Virus record (IMG/VR): IMGVR_UViG_3300003323_001142
Span: 26,297 to 90,296 of that record
DNA length: 64,000 nucleotides
Reading direction: 5' to 3' (one strand)
Source: a virus
The notes under the pieces were generated by a model. It was not told the origin of the DNA and made no database searches. It saw nothing but the letters and a program-made list of their open reading frames with translations. Made by a program: the position numbers and the translations under genes. Of this stretch, positions 53,454 to 61,788 are shown one piece after another; within the stretch, counting starts at the first letter, position 1, and each line of letters starts with the position of its first letter.

Positions 53454-54301
53454 TGGGGTTCGATTCCGTTCTGCACTGGGACCTGTACGGCCTCGCGTTC
53501 TCCGAGATGGACCCGGATGGGTTCCTCATCGGGCAGCCGGACCACTATGGCGAGAAGGCTGGCGGCGGCCCGGGGGGCGAGATTCACCAGCCGTTCGGCT
53601 TCTGGAGCAACCCCCCCGATCCGGAAGTCGACCCGGACGGCAACATCGGCCGTCGATGCAACGTCTTCGTTGCGTGGGAAGGCGGACAACCGCACCTCAT
53701 TGCTGGCTCGGACCCTCGGTTCATTCCGCTCTTGCCTAATCGGGTGAAGGGGGAGAGCGGGATCTACGGCTCGAAAGGTAACTTCGTCCGCTGTCAGGTT
53801 GACGGCGGGGTCACGATGTACACCACCGCGGACGGTACGCCGACCGGACAGGTCGTGTATCGGCGAGCGGCTCCGGACAACTTTGCCGACGTGGCCCCCT
53901 GGGGCCGCGAGACCTTCGACGCGAACGGCAAGCGAATCGTCACGGCCTCCGGCGCGCGGTTCGTGATGGGCGGGATCGCTGGCCTGCCCGACCCCGTAAG
54001 CGTCATCGGCAGCTACATCAAGCTTTCGGCGGGGACCGTACGACTTGAGGGGACCGTTATCACGATCGGTCCGGCCACGGGGATCTCGGACGCGATTGCG
54101 AAAGCGACGCCCGTCACCGCGGTCTTCTCAGCGCTCGGCAGTGTGGTCGCGATTCTGGCGAAGCCGGGGTCGCTCAACGCCCCGCCATCCGGTGGCGCCG
54201 TCGTGCTGTCCCCGGATCTCCTCGACGCTCTCAGCGCACTCGGCACCGCGATCACTTCGGCAATCTCCGCCACGCCTTCCAGCAGCGCCACGGTCGTCTG
54301 A
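53453..54301 (+). CDS. Baseplate spike (Mu gp45-like)
   Basis: HQPFGFWSNPP..AGSDPR..GESGIYG. Confidence 0.8.
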   Translation: MGFDSVLHWDLYGLAFSEMDPDGFLIGQPDHYGEKAGGGPGGEIHQPFGFWSNPPDPEVDPDGNIGRRCNVFVAWEGGQPHLIAGSDPRFIPLLPNRVKGESGIYGSKGNFVRCQVDGGVTMYTTADGTPTGQVVYRRAAPDNFADVAPWGRETFDANGKRIVTASGARFVMGGIAGLPDPVSVIGSYIKLSAGTVRLEGTVITIGPATGISDAIAKATPVTAVFSALGSVVAILAKPGSLNAPPSGGAVVLSPDLLDALSALGTAITSAISATPSSSATVV

Positions 54302-54582
54302 TGCCTTGCATCCCGATTCCTAAGACACCCCAGCCGCCGTTCCCGTTCCCGTACACGGTCCCGCCGTTGTCGTTCCCGCCAATCCCAACGGAGCCCGACC
54401 TGTGCTGCCAGCTCCCGGACTTCATTGCGATGATCGCGGAGCACGTTCCGCCGATCCCGCTTCCGCCTGGGACCATCAACCCGGCAACCGCGCAGGAGAT
54501 CGCGGCAGCGATTCAGCTCGCGGTCGACACGATCGATTCGTACTTGGACCAACTCCAGCCCGAATGCCCTAGGCAAGAGTGA
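54301..54582 (+). CDS. Pro-rich small baseplate-region protein
   Basis: TGATG coupling; MPCIPIP..LCCQLP..ECP. Confidence 0.65.
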   Translation: MPCIPIPKTPQPPFPFPYTVPPLSFPPIPTEPDLCCQLPDFIAMIAEHVPPIPLPPGTINPATAQEIAAAIQLAVDTIDSYLDQLQPECPRQE

Positions 54583-55025
54583 CCCAAGCCATCTTCCCTC
54601 CCGCTGGCACCGGCCCGGGCGGCTTTTCGCCGATCGCGCCCGCCTCGCCCAAGCGCACCTCGATCCCGCCGCGCGCACTGCGGTACAACCCTCAGACTCG
54701 CGACTTCACCACGACCGAGGGGCTCTTCGACGCGGTGCATCCGGTCGACCAAGCGGTCGTCTTGGCGCTCACGATTGAGCAAGGGTCGATCAAGTCGGTC
54801 CCCACGCTCGGCATCCCGCTATCGACAATCCGACGCGCGGGCGGCCCCACGCTCGACACGCTAGTTCGGGATTGCGTGAACGCCGCGCTGAAAGACCTGC
54901 TCGACGCGAAGAAGGTCGAAGTGATCCGCCTCGATACGGACACCGTCATTCGCGGGCAAATCAAGATCGCCGTCACGTACCGAAATCTCGTCAGTCGCCG
55001 CATCGGCACCGTCCAAACCGGCTAA
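54579..55025 (+). CDS. Baseplate wedge protein (Mu gp46/gp25-like)
   Basis: QAVVLALTIEQGSI..LG..ALKDLLD..IKIAVTY. Confidence 0.8.
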   Translation: MTQAIFPPAGTGPGGFSPIAPASPKRTSIPPRALRYNPQTRDFTTTEGLFDAVHPVDQAVVLALTIEQGSIKSVPTLGIPLSTIRRAGGPTLDTLVRDCVNAALKDLLDAKKVEVIRLDTDTVIRGQIKIAVTYRNLVSRRIGTVQTG

Positions 55026-55028
55026 CGC

Positions 55029-56513
55029 ATGCCCGCAACGCTCGACGATCTGCCCGGCGCGCTCGACGTTCCGACGCGCGACGCGGAGCGCGACCGGTGG
55101 CTGCAAGACTACCAGTTTCGCGATCCTGGTACCGACACGTCGGCAGGGACCGAGCCGTACGTCCGCGGGAGCGTGTTTGCCGACATGGTGATGCCGCTCT
55201 ACGCGAACAGCGTTACCAGCGCGAACGCGACCGACCCAAGCAAGGTGTCGGGTCCGGAACTCGACGTGCGCGCCGGCGCCGTCATCGGGCCGAGGCTACC
55301 GCAGCGGCCCGGATCGGGTTCGGTCACCATTACCGCATCGGTCGGAGGCACGACGATCTTCGTCGGCGACGAGCTCACCGCCAACGGGCTGCGGTTCAAG
55401 TGCAACGCGACCGCGCTCTACAATGACGGCGACCAAGTGCCCGTCATCGGTATCGACGCGGGCCCGGCCACGAACCTCGCCCCCGGGACCATCCTCACCT
55501 GGTCGAATCCGAGACCCGGGTGTGGCCCGAACGCCACCGTCTTCCAGAACGTCGACGGTACCGGCTTCACCGGTGGCCGCAACGAAGAGACCGACGAGGA
55601 GTACCGAAAGCGCTGGACCCACGCGCTCCAGTCGCCCGCGGCAAGCGGCAACGATGCCGAGATCCAGGCGCTCGCGGAAGCCACCTTCGGCGTTCCGGTC
55701 GAGAAAGCGTTCACCTACCCGGCGATCCTCGGCCCCGGTACGTCGGGGCTTGTGTTCACGATCCGTGTGGACGCCCCGGGGCAGAGTCGGATCCCGGACG
55801 GGACGCAGATTGCGCTCGTGGCCGGCAACGTCTCGAGCGCGATGCCGGCCGACGAGGCGATCATCGCCTGCTCGCTCGGCTCGGTTCCGATCGACGTAAC
55901 GCTATCCATCACCTGGGACGACGGCGCTCCGGGCTGGCAAGACGCGACGACCTGGCCCCCGTACTACTCGGCCGGAGGGGCCATCAAGGTCACGGCCGCG
56001 ACGAGTCCCACGAGCTTCACGGTGAACGGGACAACCACGGTGCAGCCGCAGGTCGGACAGCACATCGCCGTCTACTCTCGGCCGACGGGGCTCTTTTTTC
56101 GGAAGACGATCCTGTCGTTCACCGGAACCGGCCCGTGGGTCATCACCTGCGACGCCACGAACAACGCGAGCGACCTTTCGTACACCCCAGTCGTTGGCCA
56201 GCGGGTATGCCCCTGGTCGGACTCGCTCCAGGACATCGTTTCGCCGATGTTCAACTACTTCAAGACGCTTGGGCCCGGCGAGCAGCTCGCGGTGTTCTTC
56301 GATACGGGCACGCGCCAGCGCAGGCAGCCCCAGAGCCCCCATTCGTGGCCGAGCGTGATTAGCAACAAGGGGATCGCGACTGCCATCGAGATCAGCTCGA
56401 TCTTTGACGCTGCGGTGCTTGAGCCCACGGTGCCGCTGGCGACGACGATCGGGAGCCAAGGCGTGATCAGCAACCTGATGGAAATGAACTTTCTGGCGGC
56501 GTTCCCGCAATAG
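55029..56513 (+). CDS. Baseplate J-like protein (Mu gp47)
   Basis: GPATNL..FTGGRNEETDEEYRKR..ASGNDAEI..AFTYP..GPGT. Confidence 0.92.
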   Translation: MPATLDDLPGALDVPTRDAERDRWLQDYQFRDPGTDTSAGTEPYVRGSVFADMVMPLYANSVTSANATDPSKVSGPELDVRAGAVIGPRLPQRPGSGSVTITASVGGTTIFVGDELTANGLRFKCNATALYNDGDQVPVIGIDAGPATNLAPGTILTWSNPRPGCGPNATVFQNVDGTGFTGGRNEETDEEYRKRWTHALQSPAASGNDAEIQALAEATFGVPVEKAFTYPAILGPGTSGLVFTIRVDAPGQSRIPDGTQIALVAGNVSSAMPADEAIIACSLGSVPIDVTLSITWDDGAPGWQDATTWPPYYSAGGAIKVTAATSPTSFTVNGTTTVQPQVGQHIAVYSRPTGLFFRKTILSFTGTGPWVITCDATNNASDLSYTPVVGQRVCPWSDSLQDIVSPMFNYFKTLGPGEQLAVFFDTGTRQRRQPQSPHSWPSVISNKGIATAIEISSIFDAAVLEPTVPLATTIGSQGVISNLMEMNFLAAFPQ

Positions 56514-56516
56514 CCA

Positions 56517-57008
56517 ATGCCGGTCCCTATCTACAACACCTTCAACGGCGACCCCGGCAACTCCGTTGCCCCGCGCCGCCCGTCGCTGAATGACATGGGC
56601 GGCGCGACCAAGGTGAACGCCGTCAATCCGCCGGACCCTGTGCGGATGCCGACTGCGCCCGAGGACAACCAAAAGCAGATGCAGGCGGTGTCCGTCGGCA
56701 AGGTTGTTCCGGTTTGCGTGGTCTCGGTCCACTTCTCGGGCGGCACGCCATCGGCGGCGCAATTCACCGCGGCGGGCGACAACATCACGATCCCGACGTT
56801 CACGGTGACCGACAACGGCGTGGGCGACACGACGATCTCGTGGCCGGCCAACACGTTTCCGCCGCCGGTGGTCGACCACGACGCCGCGGTGACCGGGGCC
56901 ACGGGTGGATTCGCCGCAGCGCAGACGCTCACCAATTCGGTCCGCGTCCGCACCTTCGGCACTGGCGGCAGCGCGGCCGACCTCAGCTTCAACGTCCGGA
57001 TCTACTGA
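56517..57008 (+). CDS. Hypothetical baseplate/tail protein
   Basis: Lies between J and the gp48-like gene. Confidence 0.65.
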   Translation: MPVPIYNTFNGDPGNSVAPRRPSLNDMGGATKVNAVNPPDPVRMPTAPEDNQKQMQAVSVGKVVPVCVVSVHFSGGTPSAAQFTAAGDNITIPTFTVTDNGVGDTTISWPANTFPPPVVDHDAAVTGATGGFAAAQTLTNSVRVRTFGTGGSAADLSFNVRIY

Positions 57009-57009
57009 C

Positions 57010-57978
57010 GTGCCGCTCTACTCCGCCTTCACACCGTTTGGGCTCCTGGACTACTCATCCGACCCATCGCCCGCCGAAAACATCTACAACGCCGGCGCCA
57101 AGCTCCTCGGGGCCCCGGAGAACTTCTCCCTTGAGCCTGGCTCGCACGCCGAGGCGATGCTCTACGCCGATGCGATGGGCCTGGCCCGCGTCTTCCAGAC
57201 CGATCGGAAGATGCGTAACCAGCTCGACCCGCTCAAGGCGACGGACATGCTGCCCGTGTACGAGGCAGCCTATGGCCTCATCCCAAAGCCGACGGACACG
57301 ATCCCGCAGCGTCAAGCGGCCCTCGCCTCCGCCATGCGAGCTCCGGAAGGGGCAACGGTCGCAGCGGTCACGGCGGCGCTTCAGGCGGCACTCGGAAGCG
57401 ACTTCGTCTCGTACCGGCTCACGCCGGTCAGCGAGATCGTGAACTTCCCCGCGAGCCCGGGCGACGCGAACAGCCCGAGCAAGTGGACCGACAAGGGCGT
57501 GAGCCCGCAAGTCGTCCGGTTGACCGGCGCGGTGGTATCGCTCGGGGTGCCGGTGGCGGTTCCCTACGAGACGATTGTGGATGCGGGAGAGCCGCGGATC
57601 TTGGTGGGGGAGCAGATTGTTGTGTCGGTCAATAACATTGGACTGGCAGAGCGCGTCAACATCACAGCGATCGGCGCTGGGACGTTCACGGCCACGTTCA
57701 CCAAGGTGCACGAGGTCGGGGACATCGCGACGACCGCCTACTTTCCGTTCTGGCGGACTACCAAGAAGCACTCGCTGGTCGTCCTCACCAGAGCGGCGAC
57801 GCTGGATCCGGAGAAGCGCCGTACCGTCAACGAGATCATGAAACGGATGGTCACCGGGTGGAGCACCTGGGCGATCTCGCCGAAGATCGACGGTACGCAC
57901 GCGGGCGGATTCATCGTGGATGACGCCACGCGCGGCCGCGTCGACTTCAACAACATCGACACGTTCACCTACCCGTAA
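57010..57978 (+). CDS. Baseplate protein (Mu gp48/DUF2313-like)
   Basis: NQLDPLKATDMLPVYEAAYGL..TIPQRQAAL. Confidence 0.85.
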   Translation: MPLYSAFTPFGLLDYSSDPSPAENIYNAGAKLLGAPENFSLEPGSHAEAMLYADAMGLARVFQTDRKMRNQLDPLKATDMLPVYEAAYGLIPKPTDTIPQRQAALASAMRAPEGATVAAVTAALQAALGSDFVSYRLTPVSEIVNFPASPGDANSPSKWTDKGVSPQVVRLTGAVVSLGVPVAVPYETIVDAGEPRILVGEQIVVSVNNIGLAERVNITAIGAGTFTATFTKVHEVGDIATTAYFPFWRTTKKHSLVVLTRAATLDPEKRRTVNEIMKRMVTGWSTWAISPKIDGTHAGGFIVDDATRGRVDFNNIDTFTYP

Positions 57979-57988
57979 AGCATAGCAG

Positions 57989-58840
57989 ATGGCGCATAAC
58001 GACTTCGTATTGGGTGGGTCCGGATCCGGAGCGTGGACAGGCACGCCAGTCGTCCACGCGATGATGGAGAAGTTCGATCAGCGCCAGTTCGAAGCCATCA
58101 ACGGGGACCTCGGGGGCACGTGGGCCCCGTCGTCGATCATCACGATCGGAGGGAGCGGCATCGCTCTCGCTGGCACGAACCATCAGGTCACAGGGACGCT
58201 TACCGTCAACAGTGGCGCGACGCTTCAGCTCGCATCCGGCTCGCTTGTCAACAGCCCGGGCGCGTCGCTGACCGGGACGTACACCTTCGGGCAGAACGCT
58301 GGCCCCGGCACGAATGCGACGGTCACGGTGAATACCGGCTCCTCGCTGGTGCTGCACTCGTCGGTGTCAGTCGACAATTCGACCTGGTCGATGGTGGGGA
58401 CCATCGTCAACATGACGAACGGCGGCGAGTTCAACATCAACGGCACCGTTGGCGGCGCACAAATCAACGCGACAAGCTGCGCAGTCGGGTTCACAAATTC
58501 GACGATCACCTATACGAATACTCTGATCAAGGGCGGTCGAGCCGACTATCAAGACATTGCAGCCAATCCCACATGGGACGCGAACCGAACTTTTACTGTA
58601 TCGGACGGTCGGATTATCGACGCGACCGCGATTACCGCGCCACACACGTGGATTTTATCAACCACTGGAGCCCTGAAGGGGGACAGGATCACGTTCGTGA
58701 ATCGAGGAAACACGAACATCGTGACTCTGCACGTGGGGGCAGCCACATATTCGGTCTACGTCAATGCAGGCAACAGTTACGAGGTTGAGTTCGTGTTCAG
58801 CGGCACGGCGTGGGTTCAGATCGGAGCGGCTGGCGGGTAA
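57989..58840 (+). CDS. Tail fibre (proximal) protein
   Basis: AINGDLGGTWAPSSIITIGG N-terminus; Gly/Thr-rich beta repeats. Confidence 0.75.
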   Translation: MAHNDFVLGGSGSGAWTGTPVVHAMMEKFDQRQFEAINGDLGGTWAPSSIITIGGSGIALAGTNHQVTGTLTVNSGATLQLASGSLVNSPGASLTGTYTFGQNAGPGTNATVTVNTGSSLVLHSSVSVDNSTWSMVGTIVNMTNGGEFNINGTVGGAQINATSCAVGFTNSTITYTNTLIKGGRADYQDIAANPTWDANRTFTVSDGRIIDATAITAPHTWILSTTGALKGDRITFVNRGNTNIVTLHVGAATYSVYVNAGNSYEVEFVFSGTAWVQIGAAGG

Positions 58841-58842
58841 GC

Positions 58843-59424
58843 TCAGAAGCTGAAGCCATCTGGCTTCTGGGCGTCGCACCCGAGCAAAAAGTTGACAGGG
58901 TCGATCGTGGTTGTTCGGGAGCACGTCGTGGTGTCAGCAATGACAACGCATTCGTCCGGAACCGAAATTGTGGCGGTAGCGGCGGCGTGACAATCGTAGA
59001 GCCACTTCGTGCCAGCGGAGCCGGAAACCTCGCAGCCCATCCCGTGACCCCACGAGCACGAGGCGCCAGATGGCTGGACACTGCCGGCATCGCCGCCAAC
59101 GTTGCCGCCAGATGAAGAGCCCCCGACCGTGTTCCCGGCTGAGCCTGTGCCACCGCTTGACGAATTGGCAGATCCCGTAGCCCCGGCAACGCCAGTAGTC
59201 CCCGTCGATCCAGTCCCGCCGCCGCAATCGCACATTCCCCAGACCCCGGACGAGCTGCATACCTGAGCTCCCGGCGTGGCCGTCCCTGGGCAGGCGCATG
59301 CTTCGGTCTTCCCCTCTGTGCATGTTGGCGAGACGCCGGGGTTCACGTCCCCATTGCCGTCTGACCCAGAACACCCCGCCAAAGCTAGAGCAAGTACCGC
59401 CGAAAGTTTCGTCCACGTTGCCAT
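58843..59424 (-). CDS. Cys-rich myxobacterial-type lipoprotein (moron)
   Basis: Lipobox LAGC; CTEGKTEACACPG..QVC..WGMCDC; Gly/Ser/Thr linker. Confidence 0.85.
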   Translation of the reverse strand: MATWTKLSAVLALALAGCSGSDGNGDVNPGVSPTCTEGKTEACACPGTATPGAQVCSSSGVWGMCDCGGGTGSTGTTGVAGATGSANSSSGGTGSAGNTVGGSSSGGNVGGDAGSVQPSGASCSWGHGMGCEVSGSAGTKWLYDCHAAATATISVPDECVVIADTTTCSRTTTIDPVNFLLGCDAQKPDGFSF

Positions 59425-59527
59425 CTATCCACGGTAACGTAGCGCCACGGCACTGCAAGGGGTCGCGGGTGTTCAGTAGCAGTCCCAACAGACCGCGCTG
59501 TAGCCTGATCGGTTGGAGGGACCAGCA

Positions 59528-60067
59528 ATGTGGTTCGTTTCAGCCGGTGGACAGCCAATAGGGCCGCTTGATGATCACGGCGTGATAGAGGCGATTCGCG
59601 GCGGCCTGCGGGCAACGCGGGTCACTCCTGCCGACCGCGCCGCTTGGGTACCGATCAACCAGCATCCGGTTTTCGGCTCGATTAGGCCGTCGGCGCCCGA
59701 TCAGCCCGAGGCGGTTGCCACAGTGGCGCTGGCCGTGCCGCTCCTCACGGCGCTCGCGTTCTGGTTCATCCCGATCGGAGGGATCGGAGTCTCGTTCATC
59801 AGCGCGGTGCTCGTCTCCGCCTGTCTGGTCGGAGCCGACGCTGCCGTGCTTGGCGCTGGCAGCCCCGACGAAAAAGGCAACGCCCGCACGGGCCCAGTCG
59901 CGTGGCTGTTATTCGCCGTGCTCCTGTGGCTCATTGCCCTGCCGATATGGATGTTCAATCGCGCCAGCTACGATGCGAAGGGGCGCGGCATCGAGGCGGT
60001 TCTCGTCGTGATCCTCTTTATGGGGAGCTGGGTCGCCGTGGTCGCTCACCTGGCCGGATTGCTATAG
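59528..60067 (+). CDS. GYF_2 (DUF4339) domain membrane protein (moron)
   Basis: WFVSAGGQPIGP..W.PINQHPVF; four TM segments; GPVAWLLFAVLLWLIALPIW. Confidence 0.8.
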   Translation: MWFVSAGGQPIGPLDDHGVIEAIRGGLRATRVTPADRAAWVPINQHPVFGSIRPSAPDQPEAVATVALAVPLLTALAFWFIPIGGIGVSFISAVLVSACLVGADAAVLGAGSPDEKGNARTGPVAWLLFAVLLWLIALPIWMFNRASYDAKGRGIEAVLVVILFMGSWVAVVAHLAGLL

Positions 60068-60096
60068 CGGAGAGCAGCGCGCGGGCGGAGAAGGCA

Positions 60097-60291
60097 TCAC
60101 TTCCCCAGATCCGGACGCTCCTTCACGGCTTTTTCGAGGATGACGCGGACCAAGTCTGAGCGACTCATCTTCGGCCAGGCGCGCTTCTCGTTCTCTTCGG
60201 CCAGCCACGCATCGAGCTGGCGAAGAAGCCCGACGGGCATCCGCACATTCATCGGAGCGTGCTCGGGCTCGGGCGCTGGCTTCCTGCTCAT
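60097..60291 (-). CDS. Ribbon-helix-helix repressor (Arc/Mnt/CopG-like)
   Basis: MNVRMPVGLLRQLDAW..MSRSDLVRVILEKAV. Confidence 0.85.
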   Translation of the reverse strand: MSRKPAPEPEHAPMNVRMPVGLLRQLDAWLAEENEKRAWPKMSRSDLVRVILEKAVKERPDLGK

Positions 60292-60301
60292 GGGCTGGGG
60301 T

Positions 60302-60319
60302 GTGTGAAGCATATCACAC
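60302..60319. promoter_or_regulatory. Palindromic operator matching the CRP/FNR-type box
   Basis: GTGTGA-AGCATA-TCACAC (TGTGA-N6-TCACA). Confidence 0.65.
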
Positions 60320-60356
60320 CGCTGTAACCACGAAAGGTACCTCTGCAACCGGGCGC

Positions 60357-60384
60357 TTGACACAAGCGACTACCGGTGTAAAAC
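60357..60384 (+). promoter_or_regulatory. Rightward sigma-70-type promoter (Pant-like)
   Basis: TTGACA-N16-TAAAAC. Confidence 0.65.
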
Positions 60385-60455
60385 GGGAGTAAACATAGGC
60401 GAGCCCGCCGCCAACTTTCCACGGGAGACGGCGGGCTCGCAGGAGGGTCACTCCC

Positions 60456-60869
60456 ATGCCCACGGTATCCCACCCCCGCGAGCCCAGCAAGCTCGCGACC
60501 ATCCACATTTTCCCCGCTCTCGCTCGGGCGCCCGAGCCGCCCCGAGCTAGCCGCCGGTCGGATGCGATCCTCAGCGAGGCCACCCGCTACGGCGAATCGC
60601 TCCGCGTCCGCTGGCTGTCCAACGAGCCGCTGACGCGCCGGGAGTTCGTCCGGGCCGACCGGCTGATCCAGCGGGCCTACCGGGCGCTCTGCACGGAGTA
60701 CGCGGCCAGCGGGCTCACTGCGGCCGACCGCCACTGGTTCATGGGCGCATGCACGGGGCTCGGGATGACCGACAGCTTCGTGTCCGACTGGCTGCGGGAC
60801 TCGGAGCCGGGGAAGGTCGTGGATTTGGGGAGGGCGCGGAGGGCGAGACGGAAGGGGGCGGGGCGATGA
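60456..60869 (+). CDS. Hypothetical protein
   Basis: AGGAGG SD; coupled to the antirepressor gene. Confidence 0.65.
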   Translation: MPTVSHPREPSKLATIHIFPALARAPEPPRASRRSDAILSEATRYGESLRVRWLSNEPLTRREFVRADRLIQRAYRALCTEYAASGLTAADRHWFMGACTGLGMTDSFVSDWLRDSEPGKVVDLGRARRARRKGAGR

Positions 60870-60898
60870 AGGGGCGGAAAGAGGGAAGCGAGGGATCG

Positions 60899-61687
60899 AT
60901 GCAGCAGTTGGAAAAGTACGAGTTTGACGGCGACCAACTCGACCTGCTCAGGCAGGAGACGCGAGTTGCGGTGGTCGTGCGCCGCGTTTGCGAAGCGCTC
61001 GGGATTAGCGAGGAACCGCAACGCCGTAAGCTTCGAGAGTGCGCATGGGCGCGCGCCACCATAATGGTGGCACACGACGCAAGCGGCCGAGAACAGGAGC
61101 TATTCTGCCTCGACCTCGACTCGCTACCGATGTGGTTGGCAACGATCAATCCGGGCAAGGTCCGGGAAGAACTCCGCCCCAAGCTCATCCGATATCAGCG
61201 GGAGTGCGCTCAAGTCCTACGAGATCATTTCTTGAAGGCGCCTAGCAAGCCGGCCGCTATCGATAGAGAGGAGCTCCTGGCGATACTGTCCGGCATGCTG
61301 GGCCCGAGCCTTGGTCAGATGCTCGACCGTCAAATCGCAGCCCGGCTCGACCCGGTCATCGCCAGGATCGAGTCTGCCTTCGGCACGGTCCAGCAGCACC
61401 CAGAGGGCCTACTCCCGCGCGCGGAGCTCAAAGATCACCCGACGGAGCTCGCGCAGTGCCGGAGTCTCATTACGCAGACGGCGAGAGCACTGGGCGTCAG
61501 TTGGAACAAGGTGCAGGGCGAGCTCCTGAAGAAATACCAGGTCCGTTCTTACCGCCGCCTTCCCTTCATGGTCTGGGATGCGGCGCGCGACCTCTTGATT
61601 GCAATGATGGCCGCTGCGCCCGTGCCCAAGAAAAACGCTCGCGGCTACCAGAGATCCCTGTTCGATTTCGCGCCGAAGCCGAACTAG
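60899..61687 (+). CDS. Phage antirepressor (P22 Ant N-terminal domain plus ORF6C-like C-terminus)
   Basis: VVVRRVCEALG..LPMWLATINPGKVREELRPKLIRYQRECAQVLRDHF; YQVRSYRRL. Confidence 0.88.
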   Translation: MQQLEKYEFDGDQLDLLRQETRVAVVVRRVCEALGISEEPQRRKLRECAWARATIMVAHDASGREQELFCLDLDSLPMWLATINPGKVREELRPKLIRYQRECAQVLRDHFLKAPSKPAAIDREELLAILSGMLGPSLGQMLDRQIAARLDPVIARIESAFGTVQQHPEGLLPRAELKDHPTELAQCRSLITQTARALGVSWNKVQGELLKKYQVRSYRRLPFMVWDAARDLLIAMMAAAPVPKKNARGYQRSLFDFAPKPN

Positions 61688-61788
61688 CGATTATCGCCAA
61701 TCCCTCTCTCCAAAGCGCCCTGCCGGCCAGCAACAGCCCGCGGGGCGCTCCTGCATCTGCCTCCTGACGAGACGCCAAACCCACCCGA

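Noticed and set aside
59454-59477. Myxococcus-type LexA box (CTGCAAG...GTTCAG) upstream of the morons
   Set aside because: Half-sites are about 7 bp too far apart for the consensus as I recall it
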